A stretch of DNA of 64,000 nt from Azolla caroliniana (Eukaryota; Plantae; Polypodiophyta). Numbering within the stretch: the first letter of the stretch is position 1; each line of letters opens with the position of its first letter. Shown here one piece after another: positions 1-13,900 of the stretch. The notes under the pieces were generated by a model, which saw only the letters and a list, made by a program, of their open reading frames with translations, was not told the origin of the DNA and searched no databases. The stretch spans positions 5,580,001-5,644,000 of the forward strand of contig JBHGNT010000003.1 in NCBI GenBank assembly GCA_043228905.1. Reading direction: 5' to 3'. Made by a program: the position numbers and the translations under genes.

Positions 1-112
1 TGAGACTGTGGAGTAGAACTTCTCTCGATTTCTCACACGCTTCTCTGATGTCGTCCGATTCCCACTCGGTGATGATGAGGCGGTGAGGCTGTGGGAGAAG
101 CTGCTGAGCCAT
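1..112 (-). CDS. 5' end of another Roco-family paralog (copy A), running off the left window edge
   Basis: ATG at 112 reads MAQQLLPQPHRLIITEWESDDIREACEKSREVLLHSL. This nearly matches the start of copy E (34739) and the W-x-x-N/D..C-x-K-S repeat of the intact gene. Intactness cannot be judged. Confidence 0.7.
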   Translation of the reverse strand, partial: MAQQLLPQPHRLIITEWESDDIREACEKSREVLLHSL

Positions 113-1350
113 GGTAGGAATTGGGAGCATCAGGGTGAAGAAGAACTTACACTTGGAAGATGAAGAATGTGTAGACCAAAGTAATGTGATTTCTCTCTGT
201 CTCTGTCATTAAGGAATTACAGGAAGGAGAAGATGAACAAGAAAAAATGTATGCATATTGATATGTGTAAGAGACTAAGTTCAGTTCAATGGAGATTAAT
301 GTAGCAGAGATTTTGTAATTTGTTTGGCTGACATTTTCTCTTGTTGGGCTCCACTTATTTGACTATTTACTCATAGTTTTGAATCTGATTTTTTGGATTT
401 TCTGATCTGGAGAGAAGAAAAGAAACTGAAATGTTGAAACCATATTTGACTGCCAATTAAACTATTCACTCACAGACAACCAAGATGCCTAATAAATCCC
501 CTTACAATAATGCAGCGAGCATCCAATGTGATGATGATTGCAAATTGGTCATGTTTATACTCAGATTGTTCACCATCACTTTCGTGATGAATTTTAAGAA
601 TAGGTCTATTGATCACAGACATTAAGTTCGTCAGCATCCATCCATCCATCATGTGGGAATATCGTGCGAGAACTTGGAGCAGTCATCAGAGTTCGATTGT
701 GGATTACAAAATCGAACATGCTTTTTTATGCTTTTTTTGAATCAATAGCTCACAAAATCGTTGACTAGATTCTTGTGTTGTTTAGGGAGTTTGATATTAA
801 ATGAATGAATTATTTATGGAAACATGAAGTGCATTGCCAAATGACAGGATAGTCTAAAGAGGTTCTTCATTGTGGGTTTGTGATCAAATGATTTCACTAG
901 CTGACCTATACATGGAGATGAAGATAGACATATTTGAGTATTAGTGAAATAAAACCCTACGCAATTGAAATGCATGATAAACTATGAAGAATTAAGATTT
1001 TCTATTAGACATATTTGAGTGTCGGTAAAATAAAACCCTATGCCATTGCAATGCATGAAATAAACTATTAAGAGCAAGATTTCTATTGATCAAGCCCCAC
1101 GAAGTTGCATTGCAATGCAACCTTCATACATGAACGATAGTTTGGAGCACTAACATTTTCTAAACAATCAAGAAACACTTAGTGTTGGGTTCTATTGAGC
1201 TCATCACTACATGCAACATATTAGCATGGAATGACCATTAGGGTTCTCTTATCATTGACATAACGAATGTTTGGCATTGTATATGGCTCGAAGATCCTTG
1301 TATACGTTACTCCACAAACTATTTCATTTACATATAAGAAGCACGTAGTT
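1..1350. repeat. Segmental duplication (Roco 5' end plus upstream region), partner at about 34628-35810
   Basis: Collinear similarity from TGAGACTGTG/TGAGACTATG to CATATAAGAAGCACGTAGTT/TATATAAGAAGCATGTAGTT, with indels. Confidence 0.9.
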
Positions 1351-1734
1351 GCGAACCTTGATCATTTAAAGATTTCATAAGGGGTATTAGATTGTCATGA
1401 CGACCTACAAAACGTTCGATCAAGTGGTTCATAAACCATTCAAATCTATTGATTAGATTGTATACCTTAAATTAGCTTATAGATTTTGATGATTAAAATT
1501 TAGAATGATGGGAGATTCTTACTTAGTAGCCTTTTCTATAATGATTGTTTATTGAAGGTAACTATTTTCACACTAATGATGCATTGATGGATCATTGGTA
1601 AAGTTCTTGACCATCGAGAGTAGCTATTCACTTTCACATGTATCTCGTAAAATGTAATATTTCTGGTCTCATAAGTCATATTTTACCGCTAAAGTCAATA
1701 ATAATCTCTCTCTCTCTCTCTCTTTTTATTGCAA

Positions 1735-1913
1735 TTAGCTTACCCTAGTGGTAAGTTGATAACACTACAAGCATTGCGTCTTGGGTTCGAAACTCAATTT
1801 CCTCACCTCTCTATATATCTCAATTTCACTAGATGCCATTGTGGAATGTAGGGGTTGAACCCATAACCACCACCTGGTCTCCATTGGGCAACCTTACCAA
1901 CTGAGCTACATCT
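1735..1913. mobile_element. Two degenerate tRNA-derived (SINE-head-like) sequences in convergent orientation
   Basis: Minus 1841-1913 has A-box TAGCTCAGTTGG and B-box GGTTCAACCC. Plus 1735-1795 has TAGTGGTA and GGTTCGAAACT. No convincing cloverleaf. Confidence 0.5.
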
Positions 1914-2346
1914 ATCTGGGCGCCAAACAACATCAAGTTCCTTGGCTCTAGCGACTTCCTTTGTGTGCTTCCTCCCCCCAACTCCTCCGCAACTAGGTAT
2001 TTAATCTTTTGTAGATCTCAACTTGCTTTCTCTATCATCCTCTATTCATATTTCATTGTAACTAACTTCTATCATCCTTTCCTTGCTTTCGTTGATATAT
2101 ACAGGGGAGACGAAGGAATAGAAGGAGAATGAGGAGGAGAAGCACAATCTCGGGAATCATTGGTAGATCATTTAGTAAGTTAGATGAATCATTGGTTTGT
2201 TGATTTGGCCATTTCCTTTTGATTTTATATGCATTGGCAATGAACTAAATTTTCTTGGCAATGTCAGCTTGGTTCTAAAACAATGCTTTGAGTTTATACA
2301 TAGTGTGAGTGAGTTTAGAAACTCTAGTAATCAATATATTGTTAGA

Positions 2347-5300
2347 TTAACATTTGAAACCTTTGTATATGTTAATATTTAATCGATCCTCACAATACAA
2401 TTGGATTCTCACCAATGTCATTCCTGAGAGTGAAGTCACCAGATTAGCTATTCCATTGTCACCATTAGTCGTAAGGATGGCAACACGAGGGAGTTGCATC
2501 TCATCCTCATTCTCCACAGGGAGCTTCAACAGCTTACCTATAGATTTCTTGATCTTGGTCATCACATCCTTCCGCACACATTGAAAGTTTTCATGTATTT
2601 CCTCTAGCTTCTCATTGATTTCGCTTAACCTCTTGTCTACCTCAAAGATCTCATTATTAGTGGCATGAACCTTATTTTGTAAATTTGAGATGGTTGTTCC
2701 TGTATAGTGGCTAGATTGTACCTCAATTGCATCTTCTGATTTTATCTTTACCACGAACATGCTACATTGTACCTCAATTTCGTCTTCTAATATTTGACGC
2801 TCTTGCACTAGGTTATTTTTTATGCTAGTGATGGTCAAATTTTGATGACTTTGAGCTTGTTCAAGTACATTGTCTTCATCATTCCTCAGCAATCCATTCC
2901 TAGAAACTAGCTCCAACCATGCTTTACATGAAATAAGAATTCCCCAATAATTCTCAAAATCGATAGTTCGTTTGAGGACATGGCATATCCGTATTGCGTG
3001 ACTTCCATTCATAACATTTTGGCTTCCCTCGTTCAAGCTTTTCTCTTAGTTGTTCCTTTAAATAAGTTATTTGCATGCATTGATCTTCTCTGTCTTGTGC
3101 CCTTGATGGATCAAGTAAGCATTCGGGTCGGATGACGCTCTCTATTAACTTCACCCCTTGGATGCCGGTGGGTTGAGCCAGTATTGTAATCAAGCTGTTG
3201 ATAATATGCCTCTCCACGTAAGCTAAGGTTCTCGGCATATCTTCTACTTCAGTATTGTTTACAGCTCAAACCAACACATCTATGACATAGTTTGAATTTG
3301 CTTGGCACAAAACCACAATGATCTCCTTGTCTGCAAAATGGATGGATATGGAATCTTTCCCAAGCATAATGTTAGTATTCGATTGGAAAGCATTGTTAAA
3401 TAAGATTTGAATCCTAGTAAAGATTCCTGGTGTAAGAAAAGTAATGTCTTTATTTTCGCACTCTAGCCTCCTGCCCCTATACACATAAGTATCATTATCA
3501 TATAAGTTGCATGTTGCTGACGATGAAGCCCATTGAAGCTGATGCACACCCCCATTTGCCAATATGGCTGGGATAAAGATAAGATTCACATTGCCTTCAG
3601 AGACACCATGGTCAATGCCAACTTTGCAACATAAATGCATTGCTCCCATCAATCTTAGCACTAGTGATCCTTCTACTTTAAATCCAATAGTGGATTCCAA
3701 GTTCCCCTCCAGGAATTCTTGAGCTACACATTCATTGTTAAATACAAGGGTATCTTTAGATGGTTCAGACTTTGTGAAGCGAATGAGGCTGGCTATGATG
3801 TGATTATAAAACCAGTTGGGATCAAGAACAATGTGTGTAGCTTTGTTGGTGTATATGATGCTTCCCAACTCGCTCAAGGCCGACACAATCGTATTCAAAT
3901 TAACTGTACCATTGACACTAGAATGTTTACAAATTTTCGTTAACTTTTTCCATGTAATGATTCGCTCATTTGTGCTCTTCAAATGCTTGAACAATTGTTT
4001 GCTTACTTGATTGCAGATGCTGTAAACTTTAACACCTTGGAGCATCTCTTTGGCAACTTTGAAGAAATGCTCGGTTACAGCTTTGACAGAGTTCTCGTGT
4101 CTCGTGTCCACTTCGAAAGGAGGGTTGACAATTTTGATCACTCCTAGAAATCTGATCGAAGAGTGTCAATGGAAGGTGAGAGCGATCTTGAAACAGGCAC
4201 CCCTTGATCTGCTCTTGTGTGTACCACGATCACTTTAAGAGTCGTGTTGGATTGGCGCCTTTTTGAGGCAAGGAAGCTGAGCCAGTACCTGAAGCTTGCT
4301 TCGAAGTCCTCCATAGATTTCAAAGATCCTCGATCGCTATTTTCGCTCACCACAGGACTCCAAACAAACACCCACAGAGATGGCAGGTCAGGGAACGTAC
4401 AATCCTGGAAGGCAGGGAATTGTTTTTGGCCTGGTATGTCCCACAGCAAGAGTCTAATTCCCTCCCTTTCGATGGCTCTGACGGCGATTCTCTGTATGGG
4501 GTCAGCCTGGGTACCTCTGCAGATTAGAATGTTTCTCAGCTTATTTCTCATTGATGGAATGCCGGGCAAATGGATGGCCTGGACCTTGATTCCTCTTGTA
4601 CATGTGCGACCTGGGAAAGAAGATATTCTGCGGGCACGACCTCTTCGAAACAGTATGCTTGCATAGACAGAAAGCATGGTGGACACAAGGGTAGTCTTTT
4701 CTGTACCAAAGAGATAATGGGAAATGCAAGCGTTACAGTTTGGCTTCTGAGATCAAATGGCATATGGAATCTATGTGCAGTCTCCGGAGAGAAGATGAGA
4801 GGGATAAGTGTGCCGGACGAAGCTCTGCTAGATTCACAACAAAGTTTCCAGATACATCTAATACATTCAAGGTGGAGACTAATGAGGGAGGTGAAGTCAT
4901 GTAACACCTCAATGCACAGATCGTTCATCCTCATCCACTGCAGCGAAAGATGGTCGACGCCATTGGACTTCTTCAGAGCAACTAAGGACATGATAAATGT
5001 CAAAATCGCACTTGGAGATGAGCAAGCTCTTCGGCGCCTCATTACGCTCTGCGGCCAGAGTGAGAGCATCCAGCCAAGCCGACTGTTCGTCTCGGGTGAG
5101 AACTTTGAGATGCAGGAGATGAACTGATCCATCTCTAAAATGGGCAGCACACTTGAGGTAGGCCATCCTTTGCTCCAGATGTCATTGCTCCTTAAATTCA
5201 CCATGATGTCTTTGCTCCCCCAATCATGTCTTTCCCTAGAGTAGGACACATACTTTGTTGTTTTACCTGTCTCTATATGGATGAGGAACAGATTCTTATT

Positions 5301-5688
5301 GCTGAGGCCATTAAGCAGATGAGAGCGCTGCTGCTCCGGCTGAGGTTCCGGAGGAATTGAGAGCAGATTCAAATCATTAAAAGCCTGCTTGGATTTCTCA
5401 CACGCATCTCCGCTTTCATTGGAATCCCAACTAAAGTTGATCAGGCGGTAAGGCGTTGGAAAATTCTGATGATGATGATGATGTGGGGATGCAGCCTCCT
5501 CATCCTTCCAACAGATGAGGAAGAGCTGCTTCAAACTGTCCGAGAGCTGCTCTTGATTTCTCGCACACTTACCTGACGCCATTCAAATCCCAACAAATGT
5601 GGTTAAAATGGCGAGACTCTTCAAGATTCAGTTGTTGGTGATGATGATGATGATGATGATGCAGGGATGCTGCAGCCTCTTCAGCCAT
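2347..5688 (-). pseudogene. TORNADO1-like LRR-Roc-COR pseudogene (copy B), close paralog of the intact gene
   Basis: ATG at 5688 (MAEEAAASLHHHH...). Fragments 4909-5166, 4144-4686 (WDIPGQ, HTRAD), 3266-4141 (COR), 2954-3238 and 2347-3036 align with the 21822-27390 gene. Lesions: frameshifts, a premature stop at 3266, a ~450-bp deletion at 4758/4759, and truncation after LYCED. Confidence 0.9.
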
Positions 5689-5727
5689 GACAATATGTAT
5701 GGATGAGCCAAGTGATCTGATAACTAA

Positions 5728-6980
5728 TCTGTTTGGTTTGGTCTGATTAACAAATCTGTTTGGTTTGGTCTGATTGACAAATCTGTTTGGTTTGGTCTGA
5801 TTAACAAATATGTTTGGTTCGGTCTGATCTGCAGAGTGAAGGTTTGAGGTCTGAAACCTTCACTCTCCCACTTTCCACTCTCCACTTGCCATTTTCTATT
5901 ATATCTGGTTCTGGTTCTGTGACATAGAGTTGATGTTGTTCTATGACAAGCGTTGAAGTTTTAAATATTGGTATGTAGGATGGACATACATACATACGTA
6001 CATAAAATTCATGCCATATATACATACGAACATACATGCATAAAATTCATGCCATATATACATACATGCATACAGAAAATTCATGCATGAGCTTTGAAGA
6101 TACACAGTGAAAACAGTTAAAATAAATTTGCCATTAACACATAGAACCATTACATAAGACGGAGATATAATATTTGAATTTGAGTATTTACAAGAGTTGA
6201 AACTGAAGATACAATATTCGAGTCTGAATATTTATAAAAGTTGAAACTGAAGATATAATATGGGAGATTGTGTATTTACAAGTTGAAACTGAAGATATAA
6301 TATTCAGAGTTTGTGTATTTATAGAAGTTGAAACTTAAGAGACAATAACCAAGTCAACCTCCCTCATTGCAGAAAGGCATCAACATCTTCTCATGTGCAT
6401 GGACCCTACAAAAGAACCAAACAAGGTTACCATTCAATAGTGTACAAATATGAATATGCAATTGAGTAAACATATGGATTTAAGAATGATAATCAAACCT
6501 GGCAAAACTGAATTACACCAAAGTCTTAACAAATCTATTTAAAAAGCAAATCTATGTAGCAAGAATTCTAACTATTGAAGCATAAATATTAGTGATAGAT
6601 ATTCCATCGCTATTTGTTATTGTGAACCATTTGTACATGGAGGCAAGAAAATGAAACAATTTGTACATGGAGGTGATTAAATGTTAGTGAAGAATATCTC
6701 AAAACATATTTCTCTATCTAGGTCAACAATTGTTGTCATCATTGTTTGGTTACATATGAGGATAAAAACAAAGCTAAGAAATGAGATTGCAGTCATCATT
6801 GTTTGGTTACATATGCGGATAAAAACAGAGACAAAACTGAAGTGATAGAGATGATAAGACATTGGAGATTGCTGTCATCATTGTTAAGAGACATATGAGG
6901 ATAAAAACAAAGAAAAATTTAAATAATAAAGATGATAACAATGGAGATTGCTGTCATCATTGTTCGGAGACATATGATGA
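5728..6980. repeat. Four short tandem-repeat arrays upstream of copy B
   Basis: 27-bp TCTGTTTGGTTTGGTCTGATTAACAAA x~4 (5728-5828); CATAAAATTCATGCCATATATACATAC x2-3 (~6000-6090); AGTTGAAACTGAAGATA units x4 (~6185-6345); GAGATTGCTGTCATCATTGTT units x4 (~6730-6980). Confidence 0.8.
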
Positions 6981-9405
6981 AAAACAGAGAAAAAACATAA
7001 AGAAATATGAGGAAAAACATAAAAAATTTAGAGAAATGAAGAGAGACGTAAATTCGTACTGAAGTTTAAAATCTGTTGAAACATCATCTTACACACAGCA
7101 TCCTTGATAGTTATCAAATTTCCATATTACAATCAGTTCCAAAACTAATGGTTGTAGTAAACCACTAGTCTACCTGAACCTCCAATTTGTACCATTTCTA
7201 TTCAGGAACTGTTTAAAGCTCTACTTTTGGAAAGGAACAAATCGTTCCAATTGAGAGGACTAAAACATAGCAACCACCAAAGCATACCTCATCCAACACC
7301 ATGTAATCCCAAGTTGTAATATCATAACTCGTGTCTCGAAACCCATCTCTGTCATGAAAGTCTCCTCTCAAACCTTGCCAGTCATTGCGGACCACATCAT
7401 ACTCCCTACCCAAAACAAAAAAATGAAGCAGTGGTGCAAACCTCCTCCAAAACAGCCATGAATATCCTCTTATGTATATCTCTCCTTTCGTTCTCGTGTT
7501 GTGTCTGTATGTCTGTCTCCTTCTCCCTCTTTCTACCTCTCCCTCTCCTCTCCCTGTCTCTGTCTTTGTCCCTCTCTGTCGAGCCACATTTGAGGTGGTA
7601 GTGAACCATGACACCTGCATAACTAAAACCCAAAATTTATGTTGCCGCAAAATGTATGAAATTTGTGTTACATTTATGAAATTTATTAGAGTACATAGAA
7701 ACCTTAACATTACCTACATGTTCACAAATATCTCTACCTCTCTCCATCATCACCCTCCTTAGTTTCTCTCTTAGCCTTGAACTATTAACGAGACATCAAA
7801 CACATTCATTCATCATTGCAACCTCATAACATAATCAAAGATAGATAGATAGATAGATAGATAGATCGATGGATTGATCGATACATAGATAAATAAATAA
7901 AGATAGATTATCAATAAATACATACATACATAGAAAATCAATACATGTTCATGTAACACAACCCTACCTCCAAACTGTCTTAAAAGTAGTTGCCAGAGTG
8001 CCCATAAGTGCTCATCGAATCAAAGGAGGAGAAGAGTCCCCAAACCGTTCGAATATGTTATTAATGAGATATTGAGACCAATGCTCTCCATGATTAGAAA
8101 TGAAGATATTATTGCATGCGTTTTTCATAGAAGTATTTGGTTCTTGTGGTCTTAGAAGCAATCATACAATGCTAATACAAACTCAACTTATTTGTATCTT
8201 ATTATTTTGATGTAACTCTAGATCTTTCATGTTCTAGGGAAAAACAACCTTCTTTGTTTTTTCCTTTAAACACACAATTTTTATGGAAATACGAAGTTGG
8301 AATATGACCTTCAACATTGTAAACATAAGGTCCTTATTTTCTTTTTAGCGAATAATTTGTGTGACATTCTCTTTAAAATGATAACAAGCCTTATTCATAA
8401 AATTCTTGATAAAATTACATAGCCTATGGCAACAGCCATATTAATTTAACTTGTATTGTCACGCAAATCCAAAGTACATCCTCTACCATAACTCTCTTAA
8501 AACCAAAGTGCCTAGTAGTTCATGCTATTGACAATACCAACCGCAATGCATTCTAATAAACACAATTCCAATAAAGAATTCCTCCTGTGATTTAAAGTGT
8601 AGTCTAGCATTTCTTTTCGTTTGATAGATTTCCCATTCTTTACATCATTTTGTCATAGTAAAAATCAACAATTGCAATAGCTTACGAAGATATTGCAATT
8701 AAATAGCGACATAGAGACAAATTGTGAACAAAAAGAAATGTATGGATGAGTGGGTCACAAAGATCTATGGCCAAAAAAGATTCAAGAGCACACCTCCAAC
8801 AAACACATAATTTACTCAATGCCTTTGACAAACAAAGTTTACACAGGATGAAACATTCATGAGAATATTACGATAATGTTATTATTTCTCTAGTATGATT
8901 GTTATTGGCATACAAACCTAGGCGTAGATTCAAATTGATGCTCCCTTTGACCCAATGCGGACAATGAATGTTTTCTTAGATGAGCTAGGTTTTCGATTAG
9001 GTCTATAAAATGTGGCAAATATCTATGCAAGAAATTGGACACAACAAAAGTTTTGGCATGCATGGTTTTAAGCAATTAACTATGGGAATGATCATGTTAA
9101 AGATTCCATCGATTATGATGTGCCACAAACAGAAACTCTTATTGGTATTGAAGTGTGTATGTTCATGAATGAATGAAAAGCTTGGTAGTTGGATTGACAT
9201 AAACCTTATTGAAGTGAGAGGGGTTATGCCATTTGGGTTAACATACAATGAGACTAATGATACTTCCCAAAGGAGATTATGCATATGATCTGTCATAATT
9301 TTGTGAATTCCCATGGCAGATCAACCTGAATTGTAAAGAAATGAGGAGGCAAGAGTGATTGCAATGTAGCGGAAGATGATTGAGAGTGTGTATGTGTGCG
9401 AGAGG

Positions 9406-9443
<38 letters not shown>

Positions 9444-10530
9444 CTTGAGACGGAGATAGACAAACTGTATATTACATAAACAAAACATACAACAGTAAAT
9501 AAGTTACAATGAGTTGGTTTATATACCAACTAAGCTAGGGCAAGTGCCTTTTCTACTATTTACAAAATTAGCCTGATATGTCCATGAGCTAGTGTGAAAC
9601 CTATCTATGGGAAGTTGAGTTTGATTCTCAACACGCCTCTTTGAACACAACTTCCACCTGTCGAAAAGTTGTTTCGGTATTCGGAGTACTTCGATTTAAT
9701 GAATCGGATTCCGGTTTTATCGCTTTACGCTCCTTATTGCGTAACTTACTTGATGCGTGTTGTGTAGTCTAACTGTGTTGCGTATATTGCGTTGTCGCGG
9801 AAATCTGCGCTCGCATGTTGGATCCAAGTGGGACCACCGGGGTCATGGACCAGGAGTGGAGTTTCCGGAGGACCGAATTCTCCTAAGCTTGCCGCGTCGC
9901 CGGCCAGTTCGGATCCGGATGGTGTCCGGGTCAGATCTTGCCGGTCGGCTTCGGTTTCTTTTCGGATGCGACCGGTGACCACTTGCGAAGTGAGAAGGCG
10001 CGCACCCATCCTTACCTCCCTTCTATCTGTATGTACAAGGGCCCCAAAACAGGCACGGGTCACGGCCCGGATAACCGCGCCCGCGCACACACACGCACAC
10101 AAATACACCCGGTTACGTCTGGCTCCTTTATACCGGCAACAACGCACACACCCGAGACCAAACCCTAAGCTAACTAGAGACACCCGCACATATATGTACA
10201 CAATGCCAGTCTCACACGGAGAGGAAGAGGGAGCCTGCATCCCAGGACCGGTCGGGAAGCACCCGCTCGTGTTCGCACAACGGGATCCTCGTTCAGGGCA
10301 CCTCTCCACTCTTACCGCCTCCTGTCGCCAAGCCGCCTGCCAGGAGCACTCGGGCTCGCCGGCTCGAATGGGTCTTGCACAAAGAGGAGGGAAACCCGTT
10401 ACTAAACTTCCGTGCGTACGAGGTCACCACTGCGATGGAAACCGACACCTTCACGCACCCACGCACTTCGTAACGTGGAGTGGCGTGACCCAACAACTCC
10501 ATTCAACCACACACGCACATAGACAAATAC

Positions 10531-10974
10531 CATTGTTGTAAAATACTTAGCATAAAATACACGTACAATACGTATTCTAAGTATTCTACAAGTATTCTAA
10601 CTTCTTCTTTTTAAATACGTAGAATACGTATTTTATAGATAAAGTACGTTAAATACGTTAAATACTTAGAATATGTGTAGAATACTTAGAGTACGTTTAG
10701 AATACTTAGAATACGTGTCGAATACGTTTAGAATACTTAGAATACGTGTAGAATACATATAAAATACGTTAAATACTTCTTAAAATTTAAAGTTTTTTAT
10801 TCAAAAAGAAGAAAATAATTTTTGAAATGATAAATACTTGTTAAATACATTGAATACGTAGAATATGTCAAATTTTAAAAAATGGCAGTTCTAAAACGTA
10901 GAATATGTGTAGAATACTTCTGAGTATTCTAAAACGTACTCTAAACGTAGAATACGCGTTTTTTAACAATTATG
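10531..10974. mobile_element. hAT-like MITE inserted in the LTR
   Basis: Imperfect TIRs (CATTGTTGTAAAA / TTTTTTAACAATTATG), degenerate 8-bp TSD ACAAATAC/ACAGACAC, and many subterminal GAATAC/GTATTC repeats in both orientations. Confidence 0.7.
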
Positions 10975-13900
10975 ACAGACACACCAGGACGGAGTGCTTT
11001 GAGAACCTGTGGACAGAACCCAAGAAAAGGGCGAAGGCAGCCCACGCGTTGCCTGCAGGAACTGAACACGCACACTCACTCACGCACATGAACGAAACCT
11101 AACAGAGAACAAAGACCACCAAAGAACACATGCTCTCAACAGAACCCTAACAGAAATAGGAACGCATGAAACAGAGACAAAAAGAGAGAATAAATTGAAC
11201 ACAATGACTAGAAGAAAGAACAAACTACTATTATGTTATAAGGAACCTCCGAAAGAGGAACGGAACCCAAAGGTTGGGAACCCCTATACAAAGGGCGCGC
11301 CCTCCCTTTTATAGACAAGGCGAGGGTTGCGTAACGATGTGGGATAAATCCCTTAATACATGGGATCCTCTGTCCCGACTTTATTGCCGTTTAGCGCCTT
11401 AAAGGTGCCCCTAATTCCTATGCTAATTTTGTACAAGGGTGGGTGCACTTTGTGCACCTTGCCGATCCCTCCAATATTGTCCGGTTTCTCACTATGGCCC
11501 AAAATCTTCACGACATCCGCCCCCACCAAACCGCATGTCCACCGGTATGTGCCAAATCTGGAGAAGGATGAGAGATTCTGGTTGGTGAGGAACCGGTTGA
11601 TGGTGATCCGCATCCCGGCTCGCCGCGTCGACCACTGCCGATTTGAACCGTCGGCTCCGGTTCGTCCTTCGCGCTTGCCTCCCCGTAGACTCGTTTGACC
11701 CGTCAATAGGTCATTCACCGTGATCCCGTAGTGCGCGTGCCTCTTTGTTGGCCCTTCGCTCAACCGCATGCACACTCTGCTCTCCGCCGTACACCTGGGT
11801 TTCTCCGCTTGGCCCCAATCGATCGTCTGCGTGACACTGGTTGCCGTCCCATGCAGTTGTCCATCGCCTTCGTCCCCTCGCTGCCACCTTCCTTCTTCTT
11901 GGTCTTACGTTGCCACGTTGGCTTGCACTGCCAAGGTCTCCGGACCTGGTGTGGAGGATCCCTCTCAGGCCTTTTATTTGAGATCACCTGAACCGGCAAC
12001 CATCTGTCGTACCCGTCTCCTCGCTCCCGGCACCTCCGCGTGCCACGTATTCCTTTGTTGTTCGGCACCGACCGTGCCGAACTCCGGTTACCTTTTATGC
12101 ACGCTTTGTCAGCCCTTGCTCGGTCGGTGCCGAACTCTGGTTACCTTTTATGCACGCTTCGTTGGCCCTTGCCCGGCCAAATTGTGCACCACCAATTCTG
12201 CATGCCGGTGTCCTTTGTCTGAGGATCACCCCGTCGTAGCCCGCTTGGCTCCTTCTGTCTCGTGCCACTGTAATCGGTTCAAAGTCTTCCGCTCACCTCG
12301 TCCCCTTGCCCCCACCAGCTTGTTATCTCGGGCTTGGCTTGCCAGTCAATTGTTGCCACTTCAACTGAGCCGCCGAGATCTCCGAAGTGGGTGTGGAGGA
12401 TCCTCCTTCGACTTCCGATCTTTGTCTCCGGTCTTCACCCTGTGCAGCCTGTTCGCGCGCCCGTGCTCTCATTCACGGCACCGTCGAGTGCCATCTTCCG
12501 CCGTCCTTGTTCGGCACCGCCTGTGCCGAACACCATCCCGTACTTGTGCTTTGAATCGGCCCTCAATGGCCACATGCACGTCTCTCGTTCCGCTCCTGGG
12601 TGTGCCTTTCCGGCTTGGCCCACCGCTCCTTGCTTGCCCTTACCGACTTCTTCCGAAACCGTAACCGGCCGGTAAGGGTTCTGCACTTCGTCGACTTCGG
12701 GCTTGCCAACTCCCTTATCGCCGGCTTCCGATCCACTCCTTCGTGTTGCTGGGTCCCATTTCTTGCCGCCACCGTCCTTCTCTCTCAGTCTCATGTTGCC
12801 ACGTTGGCCAAACTACTGGAGTCTTCAGATCGGTGTGAGGATCCCGTAGGACCAGCCTTTCTTTGCCTTTGGCTTCTTCTTTCGTGTTGACTTCTGGTCG
12901 GGCCGGTTCCCGACTCTCCTCGTGTCTTCCACCGGAAGGGCCGATTTTGGGTAATGGCCGCGCCACCGGCCTCATACCTCCTTGTCACTCCTTGGTTGCC
13001 TACCTTGCCGCCGCCACCGCCCATCACTCTAGGTCTCACATCGGCTCTCGGGCCGAATGCTGGAATCTCTAGAATCGGTGTGGGTAAGGTACCGGCACCT
13101 CCGCTTGAAGTCACCGGCCTCATCCATGGCCATTCCTTCATCGTAAGACGAGAGGGTCACTTGCTCTGCACCCTCTCCCGTGGTACCGACGTACCGACTT
13201 CCCACCCTTCTGGATCGGTTATCCGGAAGGCCGCTCACCCGGTTCTCGTCTAGGTCCGCTCGTTTCTTTAGCGTTGATGGGTCTCGTTTCCTGCCGCTAC
13301 CGTCCTTCTCTCTTGGTCTCATGTTGCCACGTTGGCCAAACTCCCGGAGTCTCCAGATCGGTGTGAGGATCCCGTAGGATCGACTTCCTTTATCCTCACC
13401 CACCTGTGCTTCTCTCGAACTCATCGTCCTTCTCCTCCTTGCATTCCCGCCTCCATCTCCCATCACTCTAGGTCTCACGCCGACTCTCATCGTTGGCTGC
13501 CGGAGTCTCCAGGTGGGATGTGGGGTTTTCCGGTTCGTGAACGACTTGTTCGGGTGTATCGATTCCCAAGCACTATCGGTGGAAAACATCTGGTCTTTGA
13601 TTGATCAAGCACCGCCTGCGCTTGATTCTCCAATGTCTGGAGTTTCGGACAACGGTGTTTGAAACCGCCGGTCTCTCTTCGTACCCTCGATCACGAGCTT
13701 CCCGATTTCCGACCTTCGCCCGACTAGTTTTTCTCCTGATGTAAAAGAGGGCAATTTGTTTCGCACCCTCTTTTGCCTGGTACCGTCGTACCTCAGTTGG
13801 CATCTGCCTCGACCACGCCCGTCTCGTCCGTGCCCCCCCTTCCTGTTGTGGTGACATGCCATTGCACGCCGCCTCCGTTTCGTTAGCGGGTGGCAACGCT

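Noticed and set aside
1841-1913. Functional tRNA gene
   Set aside because: A and B boxes are present, but the acceptor and anticodon stems do not pair convincingly. Treated as SINE-like or pseudo-tRNA.
4548-5582. 344-aa ORF as an independent gene
   Set aside because: It is a frameshifted mosaic of Roco copy B, partly out of frame.
5728-6980. Regularly spaced short repeats resembling a CRISPR array
   Set aside because: Eukaryotic context, the inter-repeat sequences are themselves similar, and there are no cas genes. These are ordinary minisatellites.
7980-9330. Possibly decayed coding sequence continuing at 15001-15300
   Set aside because: It looks like an old TE remnant, but I could not recognise any motif.
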